In this document: in pieces, positions 17,573 to 43,960 of the stretch
How positions within the stretch are numbered: position 1 is the first letter of the stretch
Layout of the letters: each line of letters starts with the position of its first letter
Origin: the human T2T-CHM13v2.0 reference genome, Homo sapiens
Reading direction: 5' to 3' (one strand)
NCBI RefSeq assembly: GCF_009914755.1
Contig: NC_060929.1
DNA length: 64,000 nucleotides
Program-made: the position numbers and the translations under genes
The notes under the pieces: model-generated
Seen by the model: the letters and a program-made list of their open reading frames with translations, nothing else
Told to the model about the DNA's origin: nothing
Databases searched by the model: none

Positions 17573-18299
17573 AGACATTAAGTGAAAAAAAGCAAAACAG
17601 TTTCCACAGCATGGTTCTTTTCCTGTAAAAATCTCTACTGATAATGTATGCACAAAATTTTTTTTCCGAGGACACAGAAGAAATTACTGCCTTCAGATCA
17701 CACAGATGACATCAAGAAATTATTTTAAAAATGAAAAAGAAATTATTGCTTATGGTTAAATGTCTGTAGTGTACATTTTCATTTCATATCTTTCTAAACT
17801 GTTATGTTATGGCTTGGATTTTTTTTTAAACATATATGTATACAATTTTTTTTAACATATCTGTATCTGTGTATTTAATATTTTTATTTTTGTTAATATT
17901 AAGATGATATCCAAGTAATACAATTGTTTTGTTTTCTTTCTGTTTTAGATGGAGTGCAGTGGTACAATCATAGCTCACTGCAGCCTCAAACTCCTTGAAC
18001 TCCTAGGCTCAAGCAATTCTCCCACCTGCCTCAGCTTCCCAAGTATCTGGGACTACAGGCACACGCCACCATGCCCAGCTAAGTTTTGTATTTTTTGTAG
18101 AGACAGGGTCTTACTATGTTGGTCAGGCTGGTCTCAAACGCCTGGCCTCAAGCAATCCTCCTGTCTAAGCTTCCCGAAGCACTGGGATTATAGGGATGAG
18201 TCACCAGGGATGTACCTACCCCTTGTTTTCTTCTCTATACGCTTATGCCTTTAAAATGAACTATGTAGATAAAAGTCCTAATTAAAAACTGAACTATAA

Positions 18300-18524
<225 letters not shown>

Positions 18525-19157
18525 TAACCAGGATGGTCTCGATCTCCTGACCTTGTGATCCACTCGCCTCGGCCTCCCAAAGTGCTAGGATTACAGGTGT
18601 GAGCTGCCGTGCCCGGCCAAGAAACGTTTCTGAAAAATCAATAAAGATGTAAAGAAATGCTCAATCTTGCTAACCAAAAATATGTCATTTTTTGGCCAGA
18701 TGCAGTGGTTCACATCTGTAACCCCAGCACCTCAGGAGGCCTAGGCAGGATTGCTTGAGGATGGGAGTTTGATACCATCCTGGGCAACATGGCGAAACCC
18801 CATCTCTACAAAAAAAAATACAAAAATTAGCCAGGCATAATGGCTTGAGCCTGTAGTCCCAACTACATGGGAGGCTGAGGTGGGACCAGGAGAAGGAAGG
18901 TGGAGTGAGCTGAGCTAACACCACTGCACTCCAGCCTAGGTGACAGAGGGAGACCCTGGCTCTAGAAAAAAAAAATATATAGGAGAAAGAGAAGAAAATC
19001 TGAAGGAAAAAACAATGACTTAATTCACTGCCTTTGAGATGAGACCTGCAGGCAGGCAGAAAACTCCAATAAACAAATAGAAATACAGGATAAAGGAAAA
19101 AGGTTACAATCTTTATTCCGGAGAATAAAGCTTTCTAAAATGATAAAAATGTTGTAT

Positions 19158-19300
19158 AGCTCTGCTGTCTAATACAACTGACACTAGCCTTATGTGTCTT
19201 TAATCACTTGAAATGTGACTAGTGCAACAGAGAAGCTGATTTTTAATTTTAGTTATTTTTAAACAGCTACAGATGGCTAGGTGCTATTATATGTAGAACA
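19158..19300. mobile_element. MER3-like hAT DNA transposon relic
   Basis: ctgctgtctaata...cactagcc...cacttgaaatgtgactagtgcaac...agctacagatggctag pattern. Confidence 0.6.
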
Positions 19301-19643
19301 TATCAAGAGACTTAAGAACATTCACGTGTTTTTCCTCTCACTTTCTAGACACATGAAAACTAAGATTTACAATTGATTTAGATGATTCAAATAGTTCCAA
19401 AATGCCACTTTGGATTACTATATTATAAAACTGAAGAACTATGATCCATCCTCAACCAAGCAACAGGATTACTACCTTAAGTAATTCTTCATTCCATTTA
19501 CAAATTAAAACAAAGCTGAGTAAAAATTTCATGGTTTTGGTGAGCTGGCATTAAGGTGAAGTCAGTCACGAAACAAACTCCCCATGGGTAAAGAAGCATA
19601 GTTTGAGAGCTACAGCTCTACTTTTCAGCTCTACTTCACTAAC

Positions 19644-19790
19644 CTCTCCATCACTATCGGATATCACAATGAATGCATCCTCAAGTCTACGCTTCCTCTT
19701 CACACTGACAGAACTGGTAGTTTCCACATCCTTCTTCTCCAGGTTCCGAGATTCGGAGACTTCTTTAACTTTTTTCTTTCTCCGTGGCAT
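19644..19790 (-). CDS. UIMC1: UIMC1 exon 2, coding part (start codon, basic NLS-like stretches, SUMO-interacting motif FIVISDSDGE)
   Basis: MPRRKKKVKEVSESRNLEKKDVETTSSVSVKRKRRLEDAFIVISDSDGE. Donor GAG|GTTAGT at 19643; acceptor ttctAG|ACAAAAGGATG puts the exon start at 19798 (8 nt of 5'UTR). Confidence 0.97.
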
Positions 19791-19853
19791 CCTTTTGTCT
19801 AGAATAAAAGGACAATAATTTTGTCTAGAATAAAAAGATCATAATTTACTTAA

Positions 19854-20345
<492 letters not shown>

Positions 20346-20399
20346 TAACAGAAGCAAAACTGCATTTCTTAACTTGTCTACTACTCATTAAAAATATAG

Positions 20400-22271
20400 C
20401 CCTCTCCCTCTCCCCCTCCCCCTCCTCCTCTCCCTCCTTTCTTCAGTCTCCCTCTGTTGCTGATACTGCCATGATCTTGGCTCGCTGCAACCTCCCTGCC
20501 TCAGGCTCCCGTGATTCTCCTGCCTCGGCCTGCCAAGTGCCTGGGATTCCAGGCACGCACCGCCACTCCTGACTGGTTTTTGTATTTTTGGTGGAGACCA
20601 GGTTTCGCCATGTTGACCGGGCTGGTCTCCAGCTCCTGGCCTCGGGTGATCTGCCCGCCTCGGCCTCCCGAGGTGCTGGGATTGCAGACGGAGTCTCGCT
20701 CACTCAATGCTCAATGTTGCCCAGGCTGGAGTGCAGTGGCATGATCTCGGCTCGCTACAACCTCCACCTCCCAGCCGCCTGCCTTGGCCTCCCAAAGTGC
20801 TAAGATTACAGCCTCTGCCCGCCCGCCACCCCATCTAAGAAGTGAGCAGTGTCTCTGCCTGGCTGCCCATCGTCTAGGATGTGAGGAGCCCCTCTGCCCG
20901 GCCACCCCGTCTGGGAAGTCAGGAGCACCTCTACCCGGCCGCCACCCCGTCTAGGAAGTGAGGAGCCCCTGCCTGGCCGCCCATCGTCTTGGATGTGAGG
21001 AGCGCCTCTGCCCGGCTGCCCCGTCTGGGAGGAAGTGAGGAGTGCCTCTGCCCGGCCGCCACCCCATCTGGGATGTGAGGAGCACCTCTGCCCGGCCACC
21101 CCATCTGGGAAGTGAGGAGTGCCTCTGCCCAGCCGCCCCGTCTGGGAGGAAGTGAGGAGCGCCTCTGCCCGGCCGCCCCGTCTGGGAAGTGAGGAGCGCC
21201 TCTGCCCGGCCGCCCCGTCTGGGAAGTGAGGAGCGCCTCTGCCCGGCCGCCCCGTCTGGGAAGTGAGGAGTGCCTCTGCCCGGCCGCCCTGTCTGGAAAG
21301 TGAGGAGTGCCTCTGCCCGGCCGCCCTGTCTGGGAAGTGAGGAGCGCCTCTGCCCGGCCGCCCCGAATGGGAAGTGAGGAGCGCCTCTGCCCGGCCGCCC
21401 CATCTGGAAAGTGAGGAGTGCCTCTGCCCGGCCGGCCCATCTGGGATGTGAGGAGCGCCTCTGCCGGCCGCCACCCCGTCTGGGAAATGGGGAGTGCCTC
21501 TGCCCGGCCGTCCCGTCTGGGAAGTGAGGAGTGCCTCTGCCCGGCCTCCCCGTCTGGGAAGTGAGGAGTGCCTCTGCCCGGCCGCCACCCCGTCTGGGAA
21601 GTGGGGAGCGCCTCTGCCCGGCTGCCTATCGTCTGGGATGTGAGGAGCGCCTCTGCCTGGCCGCCCCATCTAGGAGTGAGGAGTGCCTCTGCCTGGCCGC
21701 CCCATCTAGGAGTGAGGAGTGCCTCTGCCCGGCCGCCCCATCTGGGAGGTGTACCCAACAGCTCCGAAGAGACAGCGACCAACGAGAACAGGCCATGATG
21801 ACGATGGCGGTTTTGTCAAAAAGAAAAGGGGGAAATGTGGGGAAAAGAGAGATCAGGTTGTTACTGTGCCTGTGTAGAAAGAAGTAGACATAGGAGACTC
21901 CATTTTGTTCTGTACTAAGAAAAATTCTTCTGCCTTGGGATGCTGTTAATCTATAACCTTACCCCCAACCCCGTGCTCTCTGAAACATGTGCTGTGTCAA
22001 CTCAGGGTTAAATGGATTAAGGGCAGTGCAAGATGTGCTTTGTTAAAAAGATGCTTGAAGGCAGCATGCTTGTTAAGAGTCATCACCACTCCCTAATCTC
22101 AAGTACCCAGGGACACAAACACTGCGGAAGGCCACAGGGACCTCTGCCTAGGAAAACCAGAGACCTTTGTTCACGTGTTTATCTGCTGACCTTCTCTCCA
22201 CTATTATCCTATGACCCTGCCACATCCCCCTCTCCAAGAAACACCCAAGAATGATCAATAAATACAAAAAA
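20400..22271 (+). mobile_element. Full-length SVA retrotransposon (probably an older, SVA_A-like subfamily), antisense in UIMC1 intron 1
   Basis: Degenerate (CCCTCT)n at 20401-20440, antisense Alu-like region to ~20810, GC-rich VNTR to ~21750, SINE-R to AATAAA at 22257-22262, short A tail. TSD TAAAAATATAG at 20389-20399 and 22272-22282. Confidence 0.95.
20810..21750 (+). repeat. SVA VNTR, about 25 units of ~37-42 bp (GCCTCTGCCCGGCCGCCCCGTCTGGGAAGTGAGGAGC)
   Basis: Tandem units visible directly; source of the repetitive 283-287 aa ORFs. Confidence 0.95.
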
Positions 22272-22344
22272 TAAAAATATAGAGGAATTTTTTTTAGAAA
22301 AATATAGGGAAAAAATGGTTTTTTTTTCTATAGAGAGAAACATA

Positions 22345-31200
<8,856 letters not shown>

Positions 31201-31729
31201 AAAGTATACAAAAATCAAAGTGTGAAAAGGATGAAATAGTAAAAAACACTTGGGTAATGCAGCATAAACATGCTTATTAAACACATAAACACTGGGAGGC
31301 TGGCTATGTCACTTTACATCTCTAGGTGGATTCCAAAAATTACACTCCAGCCTGAACAACACACTGAGACCCTATCTCAAAAGAAAAAATAAAAAAAGAC
31401 AAACCAATATTTAAAAGAAGCAAGCGATATTAACAAACTTCACAAAAGCAGATATACTAAAGGCCAATAAGGAAAAACAAACAGATATTCAATATCATTA
31501 TTCATCAAGAAATTACAAATTAAATTTACAATGGCCTAACACTGTATATCCATTAGAATGGCTAAAATTGAAAATAGTGACAATACAAATGTGGGCAGGA
31601 ATGCAGAATATAATGAACCTCTCATATACTGCTAATGGGAATGTAAAATGGCATAACCACTTTGGAAAACTGGCAGTTTCTTTAAAAAAAAAAAAAAAAA
31701 AGTATAACTGTCATGTAAGCCAGTCATTC

Positions 31730-32294
31730 TGTTGCAGGAATCTGGAGACTGGAGAGACCAATGCGTGGAACAGGAGGATTTTCTTTAGGTGGCCACCAGC
31801 CCAGCAGATTAACATCCAAAGGCTGAGCCCTCAACAAAGACAGGGCTTGACTTTTATACACACTTCTGAAAGGGAGTTGGCTAGTTTGAATGGTGCGGTG
31901 GGAATGTGACAGTGCGAAACTCATGGGGCAGGCAAGCAGGCTTACAGAAGCAGAACAAAGGCAGTTAATTAAATTGCGACAGGTCTCGCAACGCAGGCAT
32001 AGCTTGTGATCATGCAGCTGCACAGTAGGGAAAACAGGAACTTACAAAACTTGTGAAACACAGGTATTTGTAGAAATAGTTATGAGAAAGGAATTTGTTT
32101 TCTTTTCTTATCCTCACTCTGGGGCGGGGGTGTGGGGGGCAGTGTGCTGGGAGAGTATCTGGAGCTCATTCCTTTGGGCTCTGGCTTTTCAGATAGTGTT
32201 ATCAAGGCTCTGCCAGGGCCCTGCCTATTGCTGGCCTTGGAGTGAGTCAGCCAAGTACAGGAAAACTTGTTTTTCTCTTTTTAACTTTGCTTCA
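31730..32294 (-). mobile_element. Intact solo LTR (ERV1-class judging by the 4-bp TSD) inserted in an old L1 fragment
   Basis: TG...CA termini; ATTC TSD at 31726-31729 and 32295-32298; minus-strand TATAAAA at ~31852-31858; L1M sequence resumes on both sides. Confidence 0.75.
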
Positions 32295-32826
32295 ATTCCA
32301 CTACTATTAATTACTCAGTAGAAATGAAAACATTACCACCCAAAAACTTGTATATGTATGTTCATAGCAGCTCTTTCCATAATGTCAAACACCAAAGACA
32401 ACCCAGATTCCATCAACAGATGAAATGACAACTTGTGGGCTGGGCATGGTGGCTCACACTTGTAATCCCAGCACTTTGGGAGGTCGAGATAGGCAGATTG
32501 CTTGAGGACAAGGATTTGAGACCAGCCTGGCCAACACAGTGAAACCCCGTCTTTACTAAAAATGCAAAAATTAGCTGGGTGTGGTGACATGCACCTGTAA
32601 TTCCAGTTACTCAGGAGGCTGGGGTAGGAGAATTGAATTGCTTGAACTCAGGAGCCGAGACCATACCACTGCACTCCAGACTGGGTGACAGAGAAAGACT
32701 CTGTCTCCAAAAAAAAAAAAAAAAAAAAAAAAGGCCAGGCACGGTGGCTCACACCTGTAATCCTAGCACTTTGGGAGTCCAAGGCGGGTGGATCACGAGG
32801 TGAAAAGATCGAGACCATCCTGGCTA

Positions 32827-33012
<186 letters not shown>

Positions 33013-34186
33013 TCAAAAAAAAAAAAAAAAAAAAGGAATATAAAGTGGTACATCCACTTTGGAAAACAGTTTGGGAGTTTCTTAAAAAATAAGCATGTAT
33101 CTACTACATTACCCAGCCATTTCATTCCTAGGTATTTACTCAAGAGAAATAAAGACGTGAATGTTCATCATAGCAGCCTTAGTCATAAGGGACAAAAACT
33201 GGAAATAACCCACATATCCATCAACATGTGAATAAACAAATTGAGACCTATCTCTACAATGAAAAATTGCTCAACAATAAAACGGAACAAACTACTGATG
33301 CATCCAACGACACAGATGAATCTCAAAGACATTATGGTGAGCAAAAGAAGCAATGTCTAAAAGACTACAAACTATGATTCTACCTGTATGAAACTAGAAA
33401 AAAACTAATCAACAGTTAAAGGAAAACAGACCAGCATTTGCCTGGAGCCAGGTCAGAAGAGGAAGAGAAATTACTGGTAAGGGGCAGGAGGGTAACTTTT
33501 GAGGTAATGTTCTCTATCTTGATTGTGGAGGTGATTACACAGTTATATACCTTGATGAAAACTCAAAATAGTCACTGAGTGGTGTTAAGTCAATAAACAA
33601 ACTAAAAAAGGACTTGTGGTTACCATCATGACCATGTAAGGAGGTTGACAAATCTCTTCTCAAGAAAACTATAAAGCTAACCCAAAACAGTCAAGACAAC
33701 CATTTCAGCACTTGGAAACTGACCAAAAGCATAAAACAAACTAAGAAATGTTCACTCATGAAAACGACTGAACTTTGGGTAAGAATACCATGAGTCTCTG
33801 TGATTCACACCTAGGATCAACTCCCCTATTCAGTACCCTACTCCTCAGTTCAAATCACAGGTTGAACTATGAGTCCAGTAGTTTAACCAGGGAAGGACAG
33901 AATATGAGTACCAACCACTGCACTGCAACAGCTGAAGGGAACAGATGAGATGTGGAGTATCGTTACTCCAATCTTAGTGGCCAATTGCCTGCCATTGGGT
34001 CTTACCTGAGACAAGCAACAAATGAGAAGATGAGTCAGAGATTTATCAGGAAGCTCCATGAAATAAGACAGCCATAGGAGGATTCATAAACTCTCAAAAT
34101 ATCCCAGAATGGTCAGAGGCTGTTGAAATGCACAGCAGAGACCACAATAGGCCCAAGCTTCCTACATAACCCTGCTCAGCGGGATC

Positions 34187-34220
34187 TATGTGCACGCGTG
34201 CGCGCACACACACACACACA
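34187..34220. repeat. Alternating purine-pyrimidine tract tatgtgcacgcgtgcgcgcaca(ca)n (Z-DNA prone)
   Basis: Read directly. Confidence 0.75.
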
Positions 34221-34289
34221 AATTTGAGAGCCCTGAGAAAAGAGTTGGGGCAGACTTGAAAGCTAGTACACACCTTCCAGCCCTGTACA

Positions 34290-35370
<1,081 letters not shown>

Positions 35371-35574
35371 AGTGGTTCACCCCTGTAATCCCAGCACTTT
35401 CGGCAGATCATCTGAGGTCAGGAGTTCGAGACCACCCTGGCCAACATGGTGAAACCCCATCTCTACTAAAAATACAAAAATTAGCTGGGCATGGTGGCAC
35501 ATGTCTGTAATCTCAGGTACTCGAGTGGCTCAGGCACAAGAATCACTTGAACCCAGGAGGCAAAGGTTGCACTA

Positions 35575-36027
<453 letters not shown>

Positions 36028-36439
36028 TCAAAATTCCTACAAGTCTGCGCTCATTTTATAATTTAAAAATAATGCTCAGGCTGGGTGCAGTGTCTCACGC
36101 CTGTAATTCCAGCACTCTGGGTGGCCAAGGCAGGAGGACTGTTTGAGCTAGGGGGTTTGAGACCAGCCTGGGCAACACAGCAAGACCCCGTCCCTACAAA
36201 AAAAAATTAAAAATCAGTCAGGCATGGTGTTGCATACCTGTAGTCCCAGCTACTCAGGAGACTGAGGTGGGAGATAACTTGTGCCCGTGAGATCAAGGCT
36301 GCAGTCACTCCAGACTGAGTGACAGAGCAAGATCCTGTCTCAGAAAAAATAATAATAATAATCCTCAAAAAAATCTTGCAGTATTTTTAAGTTTTCTAAC
36401 ATACATTTTAGTTTTTAGCATATAAGTCTTATACATTTT

Positions 36440-38500
<2,061 letters not shown>

Positions 38501-38891
38501 TAGACTTATACGTAAGTTGTTTTATGGGGTTTTGTTTTTTGAATAACTAGTGAAAGAAATCAAAGATCTAAATAAGTAGAGACATACCATGCCCACAGGT
38601 TGGAAGCTTCAACATAGTAAACATATCAATTCTCCCCAAACTGATCCTAGGTTGTTGTTTTTTTTCTTCAACCTTTGGGAGCACAGAACGTTATCTTAGG
38701 TTTAATGCAATTCCTATAAGAATCCCACTAAGACTTTTAGTAGACATAAACAAGCTTATTCTAAATGTATATAGAAAGGCATGGGCCCCAGAACAGTTTA
38801 AACAATCTTGACAAAGAATAAACTGAGGGCCAGGTGCAGTGGCTCACGCCTGTAATCCCAGCATTTTGGGAGGCTGAGGGGGGGCGGATCA

Positions 38892-39317
<426 letters not shown>

Positions 39318-39785
39318 TTAGCTGGGCATAGTGGCGTGCGCCTGTAGTCCCAGCTACTCAGAAGGCTGAGGAGAAGGGATCTCGAGCCCAGGAGTTCGAG
39401 GTTGTGGTGAGCTATGATTGCACCACTGCACTCCAGACTGGTGACAGTGAGACCTTTTCCCAAAAAAATAAAAATAAAAAATAAAACAATTAACCTCTGG
39501 TGATCCAAGTCAGAACATCGGTTACCTCTGGAGGGTACTGATTGGGAAAGACACAAGGGAGCCTTCTGAAAATGTTCCATACCTTGGTGGTACTTACACG
39601 GGTGTACACATTGAACTGTACAATTAAGACGGGTTCACTCTACTGTATATAAATGATATCTTAATAAAAAGTTTTTAAAAATAATAAATATGGCTGGGCA
39701 CGGTGGCTCACGCCTGTAATCCCAGCACTTTGGGAGGCCGAGGCAGGTGGATCACGAGGTCAGGAAATCGAGACCATCCTGGCTA

Positions 39786-39965
<180 letters not shown>

Positions 39966-42900
39966 TCAAAAATAATAATAATAATAATAAATATTTGATG
40001 AGTGAATATTTCAATAAATCCTAAGAAACCAGAATATATCATTATGAGGAAACACAGGTTCAGAAAAGCAACTTGCCCAAACACAGTAGGCACTTGCACT
40101 TTTGTCTCCTGACATGAAAACTGGACTCCAATTTCCATGACTTATATCTCCTCTAACTAAAACTGCTGCTTGATACAGGATACGCACCTATAAATATTTG
40201 CTGAGTGAATAAAGAGCACAAAGTGTATATTTAAATTATTAAATGCTATATATGCATTTAACGCACAGGATAAAATTAAAGGTAAAAAAAATTAAAGTGC
40301 CACGAAGCACTTTATCAACTAATTACAATGAGCTTATTTCTATAATTTTAAAAAATAGGTAAATGCATACCCACACACACACACATATAAACACACACCC
40401 TTGATATTTTATATCCCAGTTTATACTCAGTCTCAATTTGAGACAGGTGTGTAACAACAGAATTCAAACATACTTTGAGTAGTAATTGTAATATAAAAGG
40501 ATATGGCTGAAAAAAGTTGTATGGAGGATATAAAACTTAAGGTAGGCCGGGCGCGGTGGTTCACGCCTGTAATCCCAGCACTCTGGGAGGCCGAGGCAGG
40601 CAGATCACGAGGACAGGAGTTCAAGACCAGCCTGACCAACAGGGTGAAACCCCGTCTCTACTAAAAATACAAAAATTACCCGGGCATGGTGGTGCGCGCC
40701 TGTGATCCCAGCTACTCAGGAGGCTGAGGCAGGAGAATCACTTGAACCCGGGAAGCAGAGATTGCAGTGAGCCAAGACTGCGCCACTGCACTCCAGCTTG
40801 GGCGACAGAATGAGACTCTGTCTCAAAAACAAACAAACAAACAAACAAACAAAAAACTTAAGGTAATCCTTAAATCTAAGAGTATAGCATGAGCAGTACT
40901 TGGCAGCAGAGATGAGTATGGGGGAAGACTGGAGAAGCGTAATGCACTGGGAAAACCTCTCACACAGAGTAGTTTCCATCCTATTTAAATGTTTCCTGTA
41001 CCGTGTGTGCACGTGTATTGTTACTGAGACAAGGCCTCACTCTGTGATGGAGTGCAGTGGCATGATAATAGCTCACTGCAGCCTCGACTTCCCAGGATCA
41101 GGCAATTCTCCCACCAGAGCCTCCTGGGCAGCTGGGACTACAGACATGTGCCAACAAGCCCAGCTAATTTTTTGTATTTTTTGTAGAGACTGGGTTTCAC
41201 CACGTTATCCAAGCTGGTCTTGAGCTCCTGGGTGCAAGCAATTGCCCACCTCAGCCTCCCAAAGTGCTGGGATTACATGTACCATATACTTAAACCAATA
41301 TGCTCAAATTTGATAGCAAACAAAGCTATACCACAAAATATGTCTAATTTCTAAAAGGCATGTAAATAAATAAAAACCCAGCATAGAACCACTGCAGGCT
41401 CAAGGTGGGTTTTCAAAGAATCACAGCAGATGATGGATCAATAAGAAGCATTAAGTACAGGCTCCCCACAGATACAAATTCCAAAATTTCCAGTGCTTCA
41501 TGAGATTTAGCCACATTAAATTACTGTTTTCCACAGTAATTCTAAAAACGTAAATAAGAAAGGTCCCTGATCAGTTCATTTAAACAAGCAAGCCTGTATA
41601 CAGTTCAACTACTATTTTTTTTTAAGTTACTACCCTTCAAAGATGAAGAACTCACTAAAATAATGGTCTATCTTCACTTATTGAACTAAAGCTAAAATGA
41701 ATTACCACTAACTGCCAATGAAGGAGGAATCAAGTCTGGATGCCAACAGCAGCTTCTTAATGACAATTAAGGAACAAAATGTCTCCAGAAAGATGCAGAA
41801 GCAGGACAGGTGCCCCAGTAATGAGACTTATTTATTTCACAGGTAACATTTTGGGCAGTGTCCTTGAAAATCCTCAATTTCAGATATTATTTGCCATTTT
41901 ATTTCAGCACATCCATCGTCTTGATCTATGTGAAGAAAAATCACTGACAAGGTAATTTAAAATCTTGACAGTCTGGGTACCAAACTTGTCAAAATTGCTT
42001 TGAAAGCTTGGGGGCACAGGGACCTTAAGAACAATCCTTTATAAATGATTGACTTTTACCCCTAAATAGGTACCTAGCACTTTCTTTATTTGGAGACAAG
42101 GTCTTGCTCTGTCACCCAGGCTGGAGTGCAGTAGGGCAATCAGCCTCGACCTGGTCCAAAGGTCAAGCAATCCTCCTACCTCAGTTTCCCGAGAAGCTGG
42201 GAACCACAGGCACGCGCCACCACGCCCAGCTAATTTTTTTTTTTTAATTTTGAGGGTTTTAAGAGACAGGGTCTCACTCTCTTGCCCATGCTGAAGGGCA
42301 GTGGCACGATCATAGCTCACCTGCAGCCTCCACTTCCTGGGCTCACGGGATCCTCCTGCCTCAGCCACCTGAGTAGCTGAGACTATAGGCAGGCGCCACC
42401 ACACTCTAATAATTTTTTTTATTTTTTGTAGAGACAGGGTCTCCTATGTTGCCCAGGCGGGTCTTGATACTCCTGGACTCAAGTGATTTTTCTGCCTCGG
42501 CCTCTCAAAGTGCTGGGAGTATAGGAGTGAGCCACCAGGCCCGTCGACCAAGCGCTCTAATAACTAAATACAATGAACTTATTTCCGTAATTTTTGTAAA
42601 AAGGTAAATGCATACCTACACACGCATACATCCCTGATACTTCATTTTCCATTTTTTCAGTTTATATTCAGCCTCAGTTTAGGACAAGTGTGTAACAATA
42701 CAATCCAAACACTTTAGTATCTAGTATCACAACAACTCTGCGTCGTAGGTATTCACATCACGATGTTCCACATGAGGAAACTTAACGCAAACAGCGGATA
42801 AGCTGGTAAAGGGCTGAGAGTTGAAGCTGAATGTATCTGATTCCAAAAACACACTTTCATTCGACTACAAGGCACTGCCTCCCTTGACAGGAAAACAATA

Positions 42901-43387
42901 AAGACAGAAGCATAAACTTTTCACTTCTTCCGGGTGTCATTTCTATATCTCGGTGCGATGTAGTGATTAAATGAAAGAACACTGGAGTCCAGCTGCTGGG
43001 ATTCAAATCCAGCTCCACTACTGCCCGGGACTCGCGCCCCGTTAACTGAGCGGCAGGGCACCAGCCCGCCGGCTGTGGCGCTCGAGAAGCCTGCGGCGCT
43101 GCCTAAGCACCTGGAAAGGCGCCGGCCCTGCGGGGGCGAAATCGTCTAGGACGATAGGGATCTCCAAGGAGTGCGCTGGGGGTTATTTTCGGGGCAAATA
43201 ATTAGAGAAAACGAGGATCACACAACAAAACAGTAACCCGGCACGGGAAGGAGCGCGGGCCTGGCGCCCCGAGGCGTGAGGCGGCGCGGACCACGGCTGA
43301 GGGAGCTCGGCGCTCGCCCGACGCCCGGGAGGATGCAGGCCGCCCCCCAGGTGTGAAAGGGACCCGCCCGGCAACCGAAGGTGCAAA

Positions 43388-43730
43388 GCCCAACCTGGCG
43401 TTCCGAGGGGCCCTGCGTGGCGTCAGGGGAGACCCAACCCGCGTCCCGAACCCACCTCAACCTTGGGAAGGACCCAGCCCCGGCATCTGGAGAAGCCCAA
43501 CCCGGCACCAGTAATGGCCGGTCCCGGCGTCCGGAATCCGCCCCGGAATCGGGAGGGTCCCAGCCCCGCATCCCGAGCCCACTTCGGCGTCCGGAGGGAC
43601 CCACCCCCGACTTCGGCAAGGCCAGCCCCGGCGTCCGGAGCCCACCCCCGCGTCGCGAGAGACACACCCCGGCATCAGGAAGGGCCGCCCCGGCGTCGGG
43701 AGAGGCCTACCTTGGCGTCGGGAAGCGCCC
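43388..43730. repeat. Degenerate GC-rich minisatellite, ~16 units of ~18-23 bp (consensus ~CCCANCCCGGCGTCNGGAGRG)
   Basis: Units such as cccagccccggcatctggagaag, cccacttcggcgtccggaggga, ccagccccggcgtccggag, ccgccccggcgtcgggagagg. Confidence 0.7.
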
Positions 43731-43821
43731 CTCCCGGAGAGTAGCGGGCCGCGGACCCGCTGAGGAAGAAAAGGAGGCAGGGAGGGGTGGGCGGAGCTGT
43801 GCGCAGGCGGCGGGTACTCAC

Positions 43822-43960
43822 TCGCTGGCGCAGGCCGCTCTGTAGACCTTCTCCGGGTTGCCGGGGGTCGCGAGCCGCCACACGTTGGGAGCGCGGGGGG
43901 AGGGGGAGGGGCGCGCGCGTCCGATGCCAGAGACACGCTCTCGGGGCGGGCGCAGGCGCA
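43822..43960 (-). other. UIMC1: UIMC1 non-coding first exon (5' boundary approximate)
   Basis: Donor GCGA|GTGAGT at 43821 inside the CpG island, upstream of exon 2. The TSS cannot be fixed from sequence. A second plausible donor AAG|GTAGG lies at 43710. Confidence 0.75.

Noticed and set aside
20806-21782. Long repetitive ORFs (287, 283 and 150 aa) and an array-like repeat pattern
   Set aside because: Translations of the GC-rich SVA VNTR; units are contiguous with no unique spacers, so neither a gene nor a CRISPR array.
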